A stretch of 30,198 nt of DNA, from the IMG/VR virus record IMGVR_UViG_3300046103_000285, positions 1 to 30,198 of that record; one strand, given 5' to 3'. A model generated the notes under the pieces. That model was not told where the DNA came from and did no database searches. It saw only the letters and a list, made by a program, of their open reading frames with translations. The stretch's first letter is position 1. Each line of letters starts with the position of its first letter. Shown here piece by piece: positions 8,534-17,963 of the stretch. Position numbers and translations under genes: made by a program. The DNA is from a virus (Duplodnaviria > Caudoviricetes).

Positions 8534-9122
8534 TCCAAGTCATACTAGGTTTACTAGTACCTCTTAGTTTTCCCTTTCTTTTTTCAGTCCATCTTGCTTT
8601 AGCTTTCTCACCAATCAATCCATCTATAGGACAAGGTGTACCTGCCATCATCATAGCTTCCCATACATTCTCATCTTGACACATCAAAGATATTGCTGCA
8701 ACTTTCATACCTAATTTAGATAATACTGCTACTGACTTTCTTCTTTCACAGTTAGGGTCTACATAATAGCTTCCAAACGTGCCTGAGAAGCCGATTACAG
8801 TAATTCCTGCTGCTAATGGTATAACACAACTATCTTGACCATAAACACTCATAGCAGGGGCATTAGAGGGGTTTACAGCAGTTTTAGTATTACTGCTATT
8901 GTTTGTTTCATTATTCGTTGTACTGTTAGAACTAGAACCTGACTGGTAGGTTGTTGCTGACTCATACCCACCTGTGATTGCTGTGTTAGAACCTGCGTTA
9001 TTAGATTGAGTATTGGTTGTACTACCACTAGAAGTTACATCACCAATAGCATCAGTTATACCATAGACTAATATAAGAACGAACATTACCCATAAGCATT
9101 GCTTAGTTATGATTTGCGACAT
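8526..9122 (-). CDS. Secreted Cys-containing conserved marine phage protein
   Basis: Signal/TM segment, S/T/N-rich linker, then DSC...D.NCER...GMKVAAISLMCQD...AGTPCPIDG.IG; start 9122 or 9128. Confidence 0.8.
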   Translation of the reverse strand: MSQIITKQCLWVMFVLILVYGITDAIGDVTSSGSTTNTQSNNAGSNTAITGGYESATTYQSGSSSNSTTNNETNNSSNTKTAVNPSNAPAMSVYGQDSCVIPLAAGITVIGFSGTFGSYYVDPNCERRKSVAVLSKLGMKVAAISLMCQDENVWEAMMMAGTPCPIDGLIGEKAKARWTEKRKGKLRGTSKPSMTWND

Positions 9123-9358
9123 TTCCATTTCCTAAGTGCCAGTGCTTTCCTTGTCGGTCTACCTTTAGAATCTTTCATTGGGCCTTTAACACCACCCATT
9201 CTTGCACAAAAACTAGCTTTTCTTCCTGCTGCTTTTGAGCCTTTCTTGGGTTTACCTGTTACTGGAGCTTTAAGATTGCTCCCATCTTTATTGTTAAAAT
9301 ATTTTCTACCAGCAGCGTTTAAACCACCAGTTTTACTTTGATATTTTTTAGCTACCAT
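9107..9358 (-). CDS. Small basic protein (DUF6321-like)
   Basis: GGLNAAGRKY...NLKAPV...RKASFCARMGG...ALRKWKC. Confidence 0.75.
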   Translation of the reverse strand: MVAKKYQSKTGGLNAAGRKYFNNKDGSNLKAPVTGKPKKGSKAAGRKASFCARMGGVKGPMKDSKGRPTRKALALRKWKCRKS

Positions 9359-9359
9359 T

Positions 9360-9791
9360 TTACTTCCTAGTTAAAGAACCACCAAAATATAATCCAATAA
9401 TTGAAAAAATTGTGTGTGATTGTAGGTTAGTTATAAAGATTGCGTTGCCTTCTCTCCATGTTGAAGTTTCATAGCTTGATCCAAATATCCACCAACCTGA
9501 ATCTTGTTCAGTTATAATTTGATAGACTACATTTACATCAGTAATAATTGGGGCAACAATAGGTACGACTATAATAGAAAATACACACATTAATGCAATC
9601 CATCTTCTAGTGTGCATAGTATGTGGGTCTTTAACATCACGAGCCTTATCAGTCTGTTTAGCTGCAAATCCTGCTCGTTGCATTAACATCTTCTGTTTTT
9701 CAGCTTCTGCTTGTCCTCGCTGGGATAGTATACTCATAGCACCCCCAAGTAAGGTAGAGCCAAGCATTGATATAAGTTCCATTGGTATCAT
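9360..9791 (-). CDS. Membrane protein, holin candidate
   Basis: Amphipathic N-terminal helix, TM RRWIALMCVFSIIVVPIVAPII, C-terminal IIGLYFGG similar to 3TM-holin tails. Confidence 0.5.
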   Translation of the reverse strand: MIPMELISMLGSTLLGGAMSILSQRGQAEAEKQKMLMQRAGFAAKQTDKARDVKDPHTMHTRRWIALMCVFSIIVVPIVAPIITDVNVVYQIITEQDSGWWIFGSSYETSTWREGNAIFITNLQSHTIFSIIGLYFGGSLTRK

Positions 9792-9792
9792 T

Positions 9793-12663
9793 TTATAAAA
9801 CCTTTCTGCTTTCTTTTCTTAGTTTTCTATTATATTTTTCTGCTCCACCACCAAACCAATTATGATAAATTGGCCCAATAACAGGAACATCTTTTGTAAA
9901 TTTTTCATAATCACGCCCTCTTCTACTAGATGGGGAAAATGTTTCTCCTATAGCTCCAGCAGTTGATGTAATCATATTTGCTGCTGGAGTTACTAGCTCG
10001 GCAAGAAATTCATCAAATTTTCCAGAAGCAAGTTTAGTTGTAGAATATTTATTCATTCCATAAACTCCAGCTAAAGCCCAAAATGCTTGTTTAGGAAATT
10101 GGTCAACATCAATATCTCTACCTTTGAGTAAATCTTTAACAACTTTTGTTCCTAAATTTAATGTAGAAAGATATGCAGCTAATGCTGTTGCATTTTTTAT
10201 AGCTTCAGCTTTATTGCCTTTTTTCCATTGTTGAACAACATTTCTTCTAACAACATCTATTTGTTTTAAAGTAAATGATTTAAGCATATAAAGTAAACGA
10301 CCATTTGGATTGTTTAGGTATGCTTTTGGCATTTCAGATAGAGTAATAGGTTGCACATCAGATAATTCGTTAAAAGCATGAAATTTTACATTATCAGTAA
10401 TTTTGCCTGTTTTTAAATCTCTTACTAAATCATCTAAAAGTTTTGGCTCAAAACTATAGAGGTCTGCCCATTTTTTTCTAAATGTAGCTTCTCCTTTTTC
10501 ACTTTTTACTAAATTAAGTGCTTTCCTAAAAGCTGCGTTCATTGTGCTTTCTTTACCAAATTGGTCAAATCTTCTAAAACCTGTCCAATCAAAAATTTTA
10601 TTTAATGCTTTTGCTGTTCCTCTTATGTTTCCTTCTGCAAATTCTTGTGATGCGTTTTGTATACCAATATCAATAAGTTTAATTTGTTTAGTTCCAAACA
10701 TAGCAGCAATAGTATTTCTAAAACCATGTAATGCTCCAGCAGTTCCAAGATCACCAATTTGAGTTATAGAAGCATAAGGGTTTCCTATAGTTCCCATGTA
10801 GCCTAAATCTCTTAATATACCAAAACCTTTTCTCATTGGTTTATCGCCACTAATAAATCTAGCTTGTAATAAATCTACTAATTCATCTTCATCTAAAGGG
10901 TCTAATCTACCTGCTCCTTTTTCTCTAGCCATTAAAGCACCTATAGAACTATCTATATTAAAAACTCCATCTTTGTTTTTTATAGCATTTCTTCCAAAGA
11001 ATTTATATTTTTCTATTTTATCTACAGAACCTCTTATGTATAAAGCTAAAGCATCTTCAGGTTTTTCATAAAACTTAGCTATTTGTGCATCTGTTAAATC
11101 AGCTATATTAACATTTCTTTTTTTTGCAAACCTTGGTACTGCACCATCTGTTAATCCATATCCTCTAATATATTGATTTGTAACATAGCCCCTTTCTCCA
11201 AGAGATAAATCTCTTGCTGAATTTAAACCTAATTTTTTTGCATATTCGTTTTCCATCTGAGTTAATAAAGTTAAATCTTTTTTCCCAAATATAGAACGCA
11301 AACCATCTAAATCTTTTACTTGTCTTGGAAAATAATCATCTAACTTGTCAAAAAATATTCCTGCTTTTTGAGAATCATCGTATGTTTGATTAACTATATT
11401 TTTAACTTCCTGAAAATTAACCTTCATTGCTTCAGGCATAAGTCTTTCAGCTTCAACAAGATTTCCATTATAAAGATTTCGAGTAATTGGTGCTTTAAGA
11501 TTTCCTGATAATTTGTTTAAGTCTGATAAAAAAGGATTTGCTTTAGTCATTGCGTTTGCTGTATTTACATGAAGATCAAACTCAAATCTTCTTACTAATC
11601 CTCCAACTCCTTCAGATATATTTCTAATACCTGTTGAAAGAGAACCCAACAAATCTTCTATAGCAGATGATTTTGTTCTTCCTACAGCACTATCATTAAC
11701 AACAGTATCTCTTGTTATTTTTGCTGCTGCACTTTCAGTTGGTGGAACTTTAAGATTTATTCCAGTTCTTTTTATCGCTTTAGTAAGTTTTGTATTATCT
11801 ACTTTACCTACTAAATTAGTCATAGCTTCATTAACACTAAATCCTTTTTCAACATCTTTTGCTATTATTAATTCTGCTTCTTTAATAATTTTTTCTGCAC
11901 TTTTATCTTTAATTTTGCCTATTCCTTTTCCTATTCCATAAAAACCTGCTCCTGCAAGTCCAGCACCAGCACTATATATTGCTGCTTTTTCTAAATCAAT
12001 TTCACCTGTTTTAGCCATATCTTCTAATACACTGTAACTACCACCTATTGCTGCCGATCTTCCTGACATTTGAAGTAAACTTTTACCAGGAGCTATAGCT
12101 GTTGTAGGACTAGCCACAGCAGCTCCTACATTTCCTGCAATTCTTGAATAGCTATCAGGATCAGGCTCAAAATAATCACCATAGGCTTCTTTTAAACCTC
12201 TTTCTTTTGCTCTTAAAATCATTGTTCTTCTAGTATCATCATCAGCTTCCATAAAACCTTTTCCGTAAAGTTTTTCAGGAGAGTAATATTGAATACCATT
12301 ATCAAAATCAACACTAAATCTTCCTAAAGGAAACTTTCTTTCTAAATAATCTGCTGCATTATCTATATCACTATCTCCTTCATCATAACCATAAACAAAC
12401 TGCTTGTAAGCATCATCTTTATAAGTTCTTTTTAATTCATTATTAACAATTCTATCGCCTACTTCTGCATTTCCTTCTTGTAAGTTTTGATTTTCATCTA
12501 TATCTTGCTGAGTTATTTTATAGCCTTTATCAAAAGCATCATCGGTAGAAGAAAATACACGACTTAATTCATTATTAATAATTTCATCACCAGGCATAGC
12601 TCCTGCTTGATTTAAGTTTTCATTTTCTCGTATATCTTGTAATGTTATAGTGTATTTTTTCAT
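9793..12663 (-). CDS. Large internal virion (ejection) protein
   Basis: 956 aa, Ala/Gly-rich helical segments, last and largest of the post-tail cluster as in podoviruses. Confidence 0.7.
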   Translation of the reverse strand: MKKYTITLQDIRENENLNQAGAMPGDEIINNELSRVFSSTDDAFDKGYKITQQDIDENQNLQEGNAEVGDRIVNNELKRTYKDDAYKQFVYGYDEGDSDIDNAADYLERKFPLGRFSVDFDNGIQYYSPEKLYGKGFMEADDDTRRTMILRAKERGLKEAYGDYFEPDPDSYSRIAGNVGAAVASPTTAIAPGKSLLQMSGRSAAIGGSYSVLEDMAKTGEIDLEKAAIYSAGAGLAGAGFYGIGKGIGKIKDKSAEKIIKEAELIIAKDVEKGFSVNEAMTNLVGKVDNTKLTKAIKRTGINLKVPPTESAAAKITRDTVVNDSAVGRTKSSAIEDLLGSLSTGIRNISEGVGGLVRRFEFDLHVNTANAMTKANPFLSDLNKLSGNLKAPITRNLYNGNLVEAERLMPEAMKVNFQEVKNIVNQTYDDSQKAGIFFDKLDDYFPRQVKDLDGLRSIFGKKDLTLLTQMENEYAKKLGLNSARDLSLGERGYVTNQYIRGYGLTDGAVPRFAKKRNVNIADLTDAQIAKFYEKPEDALALYIRGSVDKIEKYKFFGRNAIKNKDGVFNIDSSIGALMAREKGAGRLDPLDEDELVDLLQARFISGDKPMRKGFGILRDLGYMGTIGNPYASITQIGDLGTAGALHGFRNTIAAMFGTKQIKLIDIGIQNASQEFAEGNIRGTAKALNKIFDWTGFRRFDQFGKESTMNAAFRKALNLVKSEKGEATFRKKWADLYSFEPKLLDDLVRDLKTGKITDNVKFHAFNELSDVQPITLSEMPKAYLNNPNGRLLYMLKSFTLKQIDVVRRNVVQQWKKGNKAEAIKNATALAAYLSTLNLGTKVVKDLLKGRDIDVDQFPKQAFWALAGVYGMNKYSTTKLASGKFDEFLAELVTPAANMITSTAGAIGETFSPSSRRGRDYEKFTKDVPVIGPIYHNWFGGGAEKYNRKLRKESRKVL

Positions 12664-12665
12664 AA

Positions 12666-13445
12666 TTATTTAATTTTTATATTAGAAATATCAGGTCTAT
12701 TATTAGAATTATCTACTACTGGAATAACTTTTTCAGCATTTGCTTCAGGACTTCTTCCTTGATAAAATTGATTTGCTGATTCTAACATAGCAGTACGATT
12801 ACTTTTTGTAGGGTCTGCACTTTGTATACTTGCTGCATTTGCAGCTATTGATTTTATAATATCAGAATTATCTACAGTCCATTGCCCACCTTCTAGTTCA
12901 TCAACTATTGTAGCAAAATTTTCATCTGAACCCATTAAACCCTTTCCAACATCTTCTAAACCAATTAGTTTCCATTCAGGCATAGATACTTGACTAGGCC
13001 CTGAACCTCTCGCTTTTGCTGCTGCTGCTTGAGCTGCTGCTAATGTTTTAGCTGGTGCTCCAAAGGCTTCCATACCTCTGTTAAGTGCTACTCCAAAGTT
13101 TTCACCTGGAAGTCTACCTTTACCTAGTTCTAAACCTGCTCTTAGTATAGCTGCATTAATCATTTGTTTGTTGCTTGGGCCTTTACCTCCTGAATAAGTC
13201 ATTGCTTGTGGCATATAAGCTGTTCCCAAAAGAGTTTCTATATTACTTAAACCTTGTGGAGTATTAGCTTCAACTTTTGGTGTAAAACCACCATAAGTAT
13301 TTTGTTTTTCGCCTTCTCTTGCAAGTGCTGTAAGCATATTTTTTTCTATTTGATCTGGTACTAGATAATCTAGTAATCCTTGTGTATAAGGTATTTTTGA
13401 AAGTGGGCTTTCGTATGGTATTTCATTGTCATTATCTTTTGCCAT
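12666..13445 (-). CDS. Internal virion (ejection) protein
   Basis: Position; LRAGLELG...NFGVALNRGMEAF and Ala-rich helix. Confidence 0.6.
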   Translation of the reverse strand: MAKDNDNEIPYESPLSKIPYTQGLLDYLVPDQIEKNMLTALAREGEKQNTYGGFTPKVEANTPQGLSNIETLLGTAYMPQAMTYSGGKGPSNKQMINAAILRAGLELGKGRLPGENFGVALNRGMEAFGAPAKTLAAAQAAAAKARGSGPSQVSMPEWKLIGLEDVGKGLMGSDENFATIVDELEGGQWTVDNSDIIKSIAANAASIQSADPTKSNRTAMLESANQFYQGRSPEANAEKVIPVVDNSNNRPDISNIKIK

Positions 13446-13870
13446 TATAATATCCCCTGTCTACTAGACATTAAGTTTCTATAGTATTGTTGCAAATCTA
13501 CTGGTTGTATTTGTGCTCTTTCAGCATACATAGGCATTGGAGGTGCATTAAACACAGGAGCTTGTGGTGCTTGAATATTAACACTTCCCTGATTTAATAA
13601 ACCTTCTTGTTGTCCTTGCTGTGTTGGTTGCATAGCAAAACCTTCAGGCTTAACACCCATTCCTTGAAATACTCCAGCAACTTCAGGAGTCATGTTATCT
13701 AAAAGATAATTACCACCTGGTTGTTGTATGTTAGGCATAGTTGCAGGGGTTTCAGGTTTATCTTCTCCAAAAAAACTACCTAATAAACTACCTGCTCCTT
13801 GGGTAAGGCCACTAAAGGTTGGAAGTATAGAAGTTAAACTTCCACCCATTCCACTTAAAAAGTCAAACAT
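13445..13870 (-). CDS. Pro/Gln/Gly-rich putative internal virion protein
   Basis: Position and composition; ends GIL. Confidence 0.55.
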   Translation of the reverse strand: MFDFLSGMGGSLTSILPTFSGLTQGAGSLLGSFFGEDKPETPATMPNIQQPGGNYLLDNMTPEVAGVFQGMGVKPEGFAMQPTQQGQQEGLLNQGSVNIQAPQAPVFNAPPMPMYAERAQIQPVDLQQYYRNLMSSRQGIL

Positions 13871-13885
13871 TTATATCTCCTATTA

Positions 13886-14710
13886 TCATAATTGATTACC
13901 TATTCCATAACCTGCTGATGCTCCTGCTGGGCCACCAGCAAAAAATCCTGCTGTAGCTCCTAATAATCCCATTAAAGGATTACTTTCTGCTCCTGGTTGA
14001 GTAACTGTTTGCGTTCCAGCTATAGGACTTCCTATTATATTAGCGTAATTTTGTAGATTAGCTAAGTTTGCATTTTGGTTAAAGTTAAACCTATTCATAG
14101 ATTCATCTATAGGCATTTGTGCTCTTTGTTGTTGTAAGCCACCAATTCCTTGTAGTGTTTGAGCTGGTGCTTGTAAACCTTGCATAATTGTTGGAACATT
14201 TTGCATAGCTACAGCTTGTGATTTCAAAGCATCGCCATATATGCCACCATACATTTTAGCAGCAACATCTGATGAGCTATTCAAATAATCTCTCATTACA
14301 TTAGCTTCTAGTATACCTTGTCTACTTCCACCTAGTTGACCTGCTTTTGTAGCACCTCTTCTAGCTTGTTGTAAACCTTTTTCCATACCTTGCTCTATAG
14401 GTCTTAATCCTGCTTGTAATGCTTTTTGAAACATTGGGTCAGCAAATCTAGCAGAAGGGTCTGCCATCAGACTTGTAAATCCTGGTACTAAAGCATTAGC
14501 AATATCTGATTGCCCACCTAAAGCTTGTTGTTGACCAAGCTGTTCTGCTTGTAATTGCAAGTCAGTAGGATCAGCATAAGTTTGTCCTGTATAGAACTGC
14601 TGTGGTGTCATGTTTTGAGCTTGTTGAAAAATATCCTTTAAATAAGGAGATTGTGCTTCCCATGGCTCTGATTTTGATGTTTGGGTTTGTGACCCACTTC
14701 CTCCACTCAT
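13886..14710 (-). CDS. DNA transfer/pilot (ejection) protein
   Basis: MSGGSGSQTQT..EPW..Q.PYL, AGQLGGSRQGI, Gln-rich, C-terminal Gly/Ala hydrophobic hairpin. Confidence 0.7.
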   Translation of the reverse strand: MSGGSGSQTQTSKSEPWEAQSPYLKDIFQQAQNMTPQQFYTGQTYADPTDLQLQAEQLGQQQALGGQSDIANALVPGFTSLMADPSARFADPMFQKALQAGLRPIEQGMEKGLQQARRGATKAGQLGGSRQGILEANVMRDYLNSSSDVAAKMYGGIYGDALKSQAVAMQNVPTIMQGLQAPAQTLQGIGGLQQQRAQMPIDESMNRFNFNQNANLANLQNYANIIGSPIAGTQTVTQPGAESNPLMGLLGATAGFFAGGPAGASAGYGIGNQL

Positions 14711-14720
14711 AATTGACCTC

Positions 14721-15149
14721 TCAATGATACGATATTAATTTTTTCCCTAAAACTGTGTATATTTCTTTATATTCATAGTCTTCCAATTCTTTTTTAAATC
14801 CTTTTCTGCAAAACATTTCTACTGCTTCACAATCCATATGTTTTGCCCATTCTTCTATAATTTTAAGAGTATGTTTCCATTTCTTAAATTCTATTCCTCC
14901 TAGAGTAACTATCCTACAAACAGTTTTGTTTGGGTAATCAATAATTTGTGTTGCTCCTGCTCCATATATCTTTTCATTATCATCAAATATAACCCAGAGT
15001 TGCATTTCTTGTTTTTCACAAAGTTCTTTAATATCTTCTAAACTTAATTCTTCTTGGCTTTTGTTATTAGCTAATTCTAAAAACTTGTAACATTTATTCC
15101 AAATCTTAGATACATTTCCTGATTCTATTCCTGATATATATAAACTCAT
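14721..15149 (-). CDS. GNAT-fold virion assembly protein
   Basis: QLWVI...T.II.YP....I..LGG...W....IEEWAK...C..VE..CRKGF; ATGA-type overlap suggests start 15149 (MSLYI). Confidence 0.65.
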   Translation of the reverse strand: MSLYISGIESGNVSKIWNKCYKFLELANNKSQEELSLEDIKELCEKQEMQLWVIFDDNEKIYGAGATQIIDYPNKTVCRIVTLGGIEFKKWKHTLKIIEEWAKHMDCEAVEMFCRKGFKKELEDYEYKEIYTVLGKKLISYH

Positions 15150-15403
15150 AATTTCACCCAACTCCCTGCTGCGTTTCTAAAGTAAATTCCTTCTCCACTT
15201 CCTGGATTAAAGTTAGTACCATCTCCATAAACGATATCACCTTGTTTAATTCTAGCTGGGGCTACATTCTTAACTTCTATAAAAGTTGTAGCATTTTCTT
15301 CTAAAGCTCCTTGTATCCTTTGAAACTCTTGTAATAGATATTGGGGTAAATCTTCTGGATTATCTGGTACTGGATTAGGGGTATATTTTGGGGCTTGTGC
15401 CAT
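15146..15403 (-). CDS. Small virion/tail-associated protein
   Basis: Y.P.PVP...L..YL.QEF.RI; G.IVY.DGTNFNPGSGEGIY...W.KL. Confidence 0.65.
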   Translation of the reverse strand: MAQAPKYTPNPVPDNPEDLPQYLLQEFQRIQGALEENATTFIEVKNVAPARIKQGDIVYGDGTNFNPGSGEGIYFRNAAGSWVKL

Positions 15404-16953
15404 TATCTCTCTCCTATTACCTCATATTCTATATCATATCCGTTTAATTCAAAAGTTGTAGCTGTAGTATTTTGAAACTTAATAGCTATATATTTACCTG
15501 TGGCTCTAGCATCTACCTTGTTTTGTGTGTCAGGGTTTATAGTTTGCTGTGTTTTGTAGGTATATGTACCATCAGGGGTCATAGAACTTCCTACAAATAC
15601 TTCAGCACTTCCTGTACTAGAAAATCTTGGTGTAATCTTTCTTACTTGTTTTACTGTATTAGTATTACCATCAAGGGTTAATCCTTTTCTTTCAAGAATC
15701 ATAGTAAAGTTATCTCCAGCAAAATCAAAACCATTATCTCCTCTATAGAGTTTAGTATCTCCTGTGCTAGACATTAATATACTAGTTTCTGTTGGGTTGT
15801 AATTTCTTTGACCCCAGTTTTCAGTAGTGCTGTAGGCTATCCAACTTTGAGATTGTCCAGACCAAACAATAGCTGATGTTCCAGGATTTACTATTCCTAA
15901 AGCTATATGTAAAATATCAGGTAAATCTCTAAAACTAAAAGCGTTAAGTTGATAATTATAAATTAATGCTTTATTACAATAAGTTGAACCTACTGTTGGG
16001 TAAGATACCCATATTTCATTCTTTTGTGTATTATGGGTTACAAATATATTAGCATAATTAGTACTGTCAATTTCTTCAAATAAAGTTCTTTTAACTATTG
16101 TACTTGCAACTGACTCTTTAGATACTCCGTTATGGACAATTAAATCACCATTAGTTACAACAAAATGTTTACCATTAAATTCTGCTACACAGTTTCTTGA
16201 TAAAGCTCCTGAGTCATCAAATAGCTTCTTAATGTCAAATACCAAGTTACCACCAGTAAAAGTCATTATGTAAGTGCTGTTTTCTTTATATATTATAAAA
16301 GATTGTTTTAATGGAAATCCATCTACAATAAATTCACCTGCATCTCCTACTGTTGCTGAACCTGCATCGTTTGTAGCTGAAGCTGTCCAAGAACTAGGTA
16401 GCGTAAGGTTTTCTGCTGCATCTCCCCATCTAACTTTATTAGGAAGATTGGTAGAAGATTCAGTCATATTTAAAGCTATTAAGTAATTACCAAAAGGTCT
16501 TATTACTCTGCAAGTTGTACTTGCTGGCCAATTAGTTAAGTCAGTAAAAGCACTAGCACCTGTTGTTGCTAAACACTGTGGATCATCTACTCCATTGTTC
16601 AAAATAGCTAATCCATTAAATATAGAACCAGTCCAATTACCTGAAGCTGTTAAGTTAGTCGAGTAATCTCCACCTGATGCTCTCGTAAAGTCTTCATGAC
16701 TAGAACCATTGTATCTGTAGATTTTAGCTGAACCAGCATAGAACCAATAACTGTTATCTCCTGATGTCCAATTTAAGGCAAAATAAGGGGCTACAGTAGG
16801 TGTTCCAAAGACCTGGTCTTCTCCTAATACTTTCTTGGCTGCGTTATCTTCAAACCTAGCATTTTGTGTATGTGAAAAATATTCATTAGGTAATGCTGTG
16901 TTATTCGTATCTTTAATCATTCCTTTCGGATTTAATATTTGAAGGGTTGGCAT
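15403..16953 (-). CDS. Tail hub/nozzle (tail tubular protein B-like)
   Basis: TAATG coupling gives start 16953; beta-rich, NKVRWGD, NEIWVSYP, GKYIAIKF; size and position fit. Confidence 0.75.
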   Translation of the reverse strand: MPTLQILNPKGMIKDTNNTALPNEYFSHTQNARFEDNAAKKVLGEDQVFGTPTVAPYFALNWTSGDNSYWFYAGSAKIYRYNGSSHEDFTRASGGDYSTNLTASGNWTGSIFNGLAILNNGVDDPQCLATTGASAFTDLTNWPASTTCRVIRPFGNYLIALNMTESSTNLPNKVRWGDAAENLTLPSSWTASATNDAGSATVGDAGEFIVDGFPLKQSFIIYKENSTYIMTFTGGNLVFDIKKLFDDSGALSRNCVAEFNGKHFVVTNGDLIVHNGVSKESVASTIVKRTLFEEIDSTNYANIFVTHNTQKNEIWVSYPTVGSTYCNKALIYNYQLNAFSFRDLPDILHIALGIVNPGTSAIVWSGQSQSWIAYSTTENWGQRNYNPTETSILMSSTGDTKLYRGDNGFDFAGDNFTMILERKGLTLDGNTNTVKQVRKITPRFSSTGSAEVFVGSSMTPDGTYTYKTQQTINPDTQNKVDARATGKYIAIKFQNTTATTFELNGYDIEYEVIGER

Positions 16954-17669
16954 TATCCAGTTCTTCTCCACATATATGCAACGATATAAGGTTGTACGTT
17001 GTTATGAGCACCACCACCACCAGTTGCCCCTGTGTTAGGAGTAGTTTGAGAATAATTACCAGCAGTATTAACTCCACTAGTTCCAGTACCACCTTCAATA
17101 AATGTAGTTGTATGTGTATGTGATGGTAATTCAGCAGTGCTTAATGTATGTGTTTTAGCACCACCAGTTTCTTGTACTGTATCAAAATCACTATCACCTG
17201 CGTTTAAACCTACTATAACTCTACCAGCTCCAAAAGCTGCCCAAGTACCAAAACCTAATAGCGTACCTGGATTAGTAGCTACGGCTGCATTTATATAAAT
17301 AGATCCTACAGGATATACAGCTTGTAAAGTTGTTGCTGTGTTAGATCCTATAGTCAATGTGCCTGATACTGTTAAGTTTCTAATACCTGTTGAGTCTTTA
17401 CTAGCATCAACTGTTACGGCTTTAGATGCTTCTGCTGTACCCAACGCAGTTACGTCTACATAATTTAGTTCTGCTGTATTAGCTGTAACGCCATCTAGTA
17501 AATTTAATTCTGTATGTGTTGCTGATACTGCCCCAGTAATACTAGGAAATGTTGCTTTGACTGTAGATTTTACCAATCTTAAATGGTCATCACCTTCGTT
17601 AACTGGATCACCAGCTACTGGGTTTGAACTATTTAAGTCTGATATATATGTTCCTGTTTCTAATCCCAT
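16953..17669 (-). CDS. Short tail fibre/collar-type protein
   Basis: N-terminal GDDHLRLVKS anchor; C-terminal YPVGSIY..NP..LLGFGTW..GRV.VG..TGG.KTHTL..ELPSHTH..HNNVQPYIV.YMWRRT. Confidence 0.8.
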   Translation of the reverse strand: MGLETGTYISDLNSSNPVAGDPVNEGDDHLRLVKSTVKATFPSITGAVSATHTELNLLDGVTANTAELNYVDVTALGTAEASKAVTVDASKDSTGIRNLTVSGTLTIGSNTATTLQAVYPVGSIYINAAVATNPGTLLGFGTWAAFGAGRVIVGLNAGDSDFDTVQETGGAKTHTLSTAELPSHTHTTTFIEGGTGTSGVNTAGNYSQTTPNTGATGGGGAHNNVQPYIVAYMWRRTG

Positions 17670-17679
17670 TTAATTTCTC

Positions 17680-17961
17680 CTAGCCTTTGGGGTTGTTGTC
17701 TTTAACTGATTTAATATGTGTATACCATGAGCCTGTTTTAGCAGTATCTCCTAATTTACCAGCATCTATATCTTTATATAACATATCAAGTTGATTTCCT
17801 ATTAAGTCATAAAAGTTGCTACCAGTATCTCCTGTTCTTCCTAAAAGCCAAGCGTTATCTACATACCACTGTTGATTAGCCTGTCTATCTGATAATTCTT
17901 GAGAAGTTTCATCTCTTTCTGTTATTGTTGTTCCATTATCTATTAATGCTTTACCTGTCAT
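17680..17961 (-). CDS. Tail fibre assembly-type small protein
   Basis: QLDMLYKDIDAGK...W..HIKSVKDNNPK directly after the fibre gene. Confidence 0.6.
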   Translation of the reverse strand: MTGKALIDNGTTITERDETSQELSDRQANQQWYVDNAWLLGRTGDTGSNFYDLIGNQLDMLYKDIDAGKLGDTAKTGSWYTHIKSVKDNNPKG

Positions 17962-17963
17962 AA

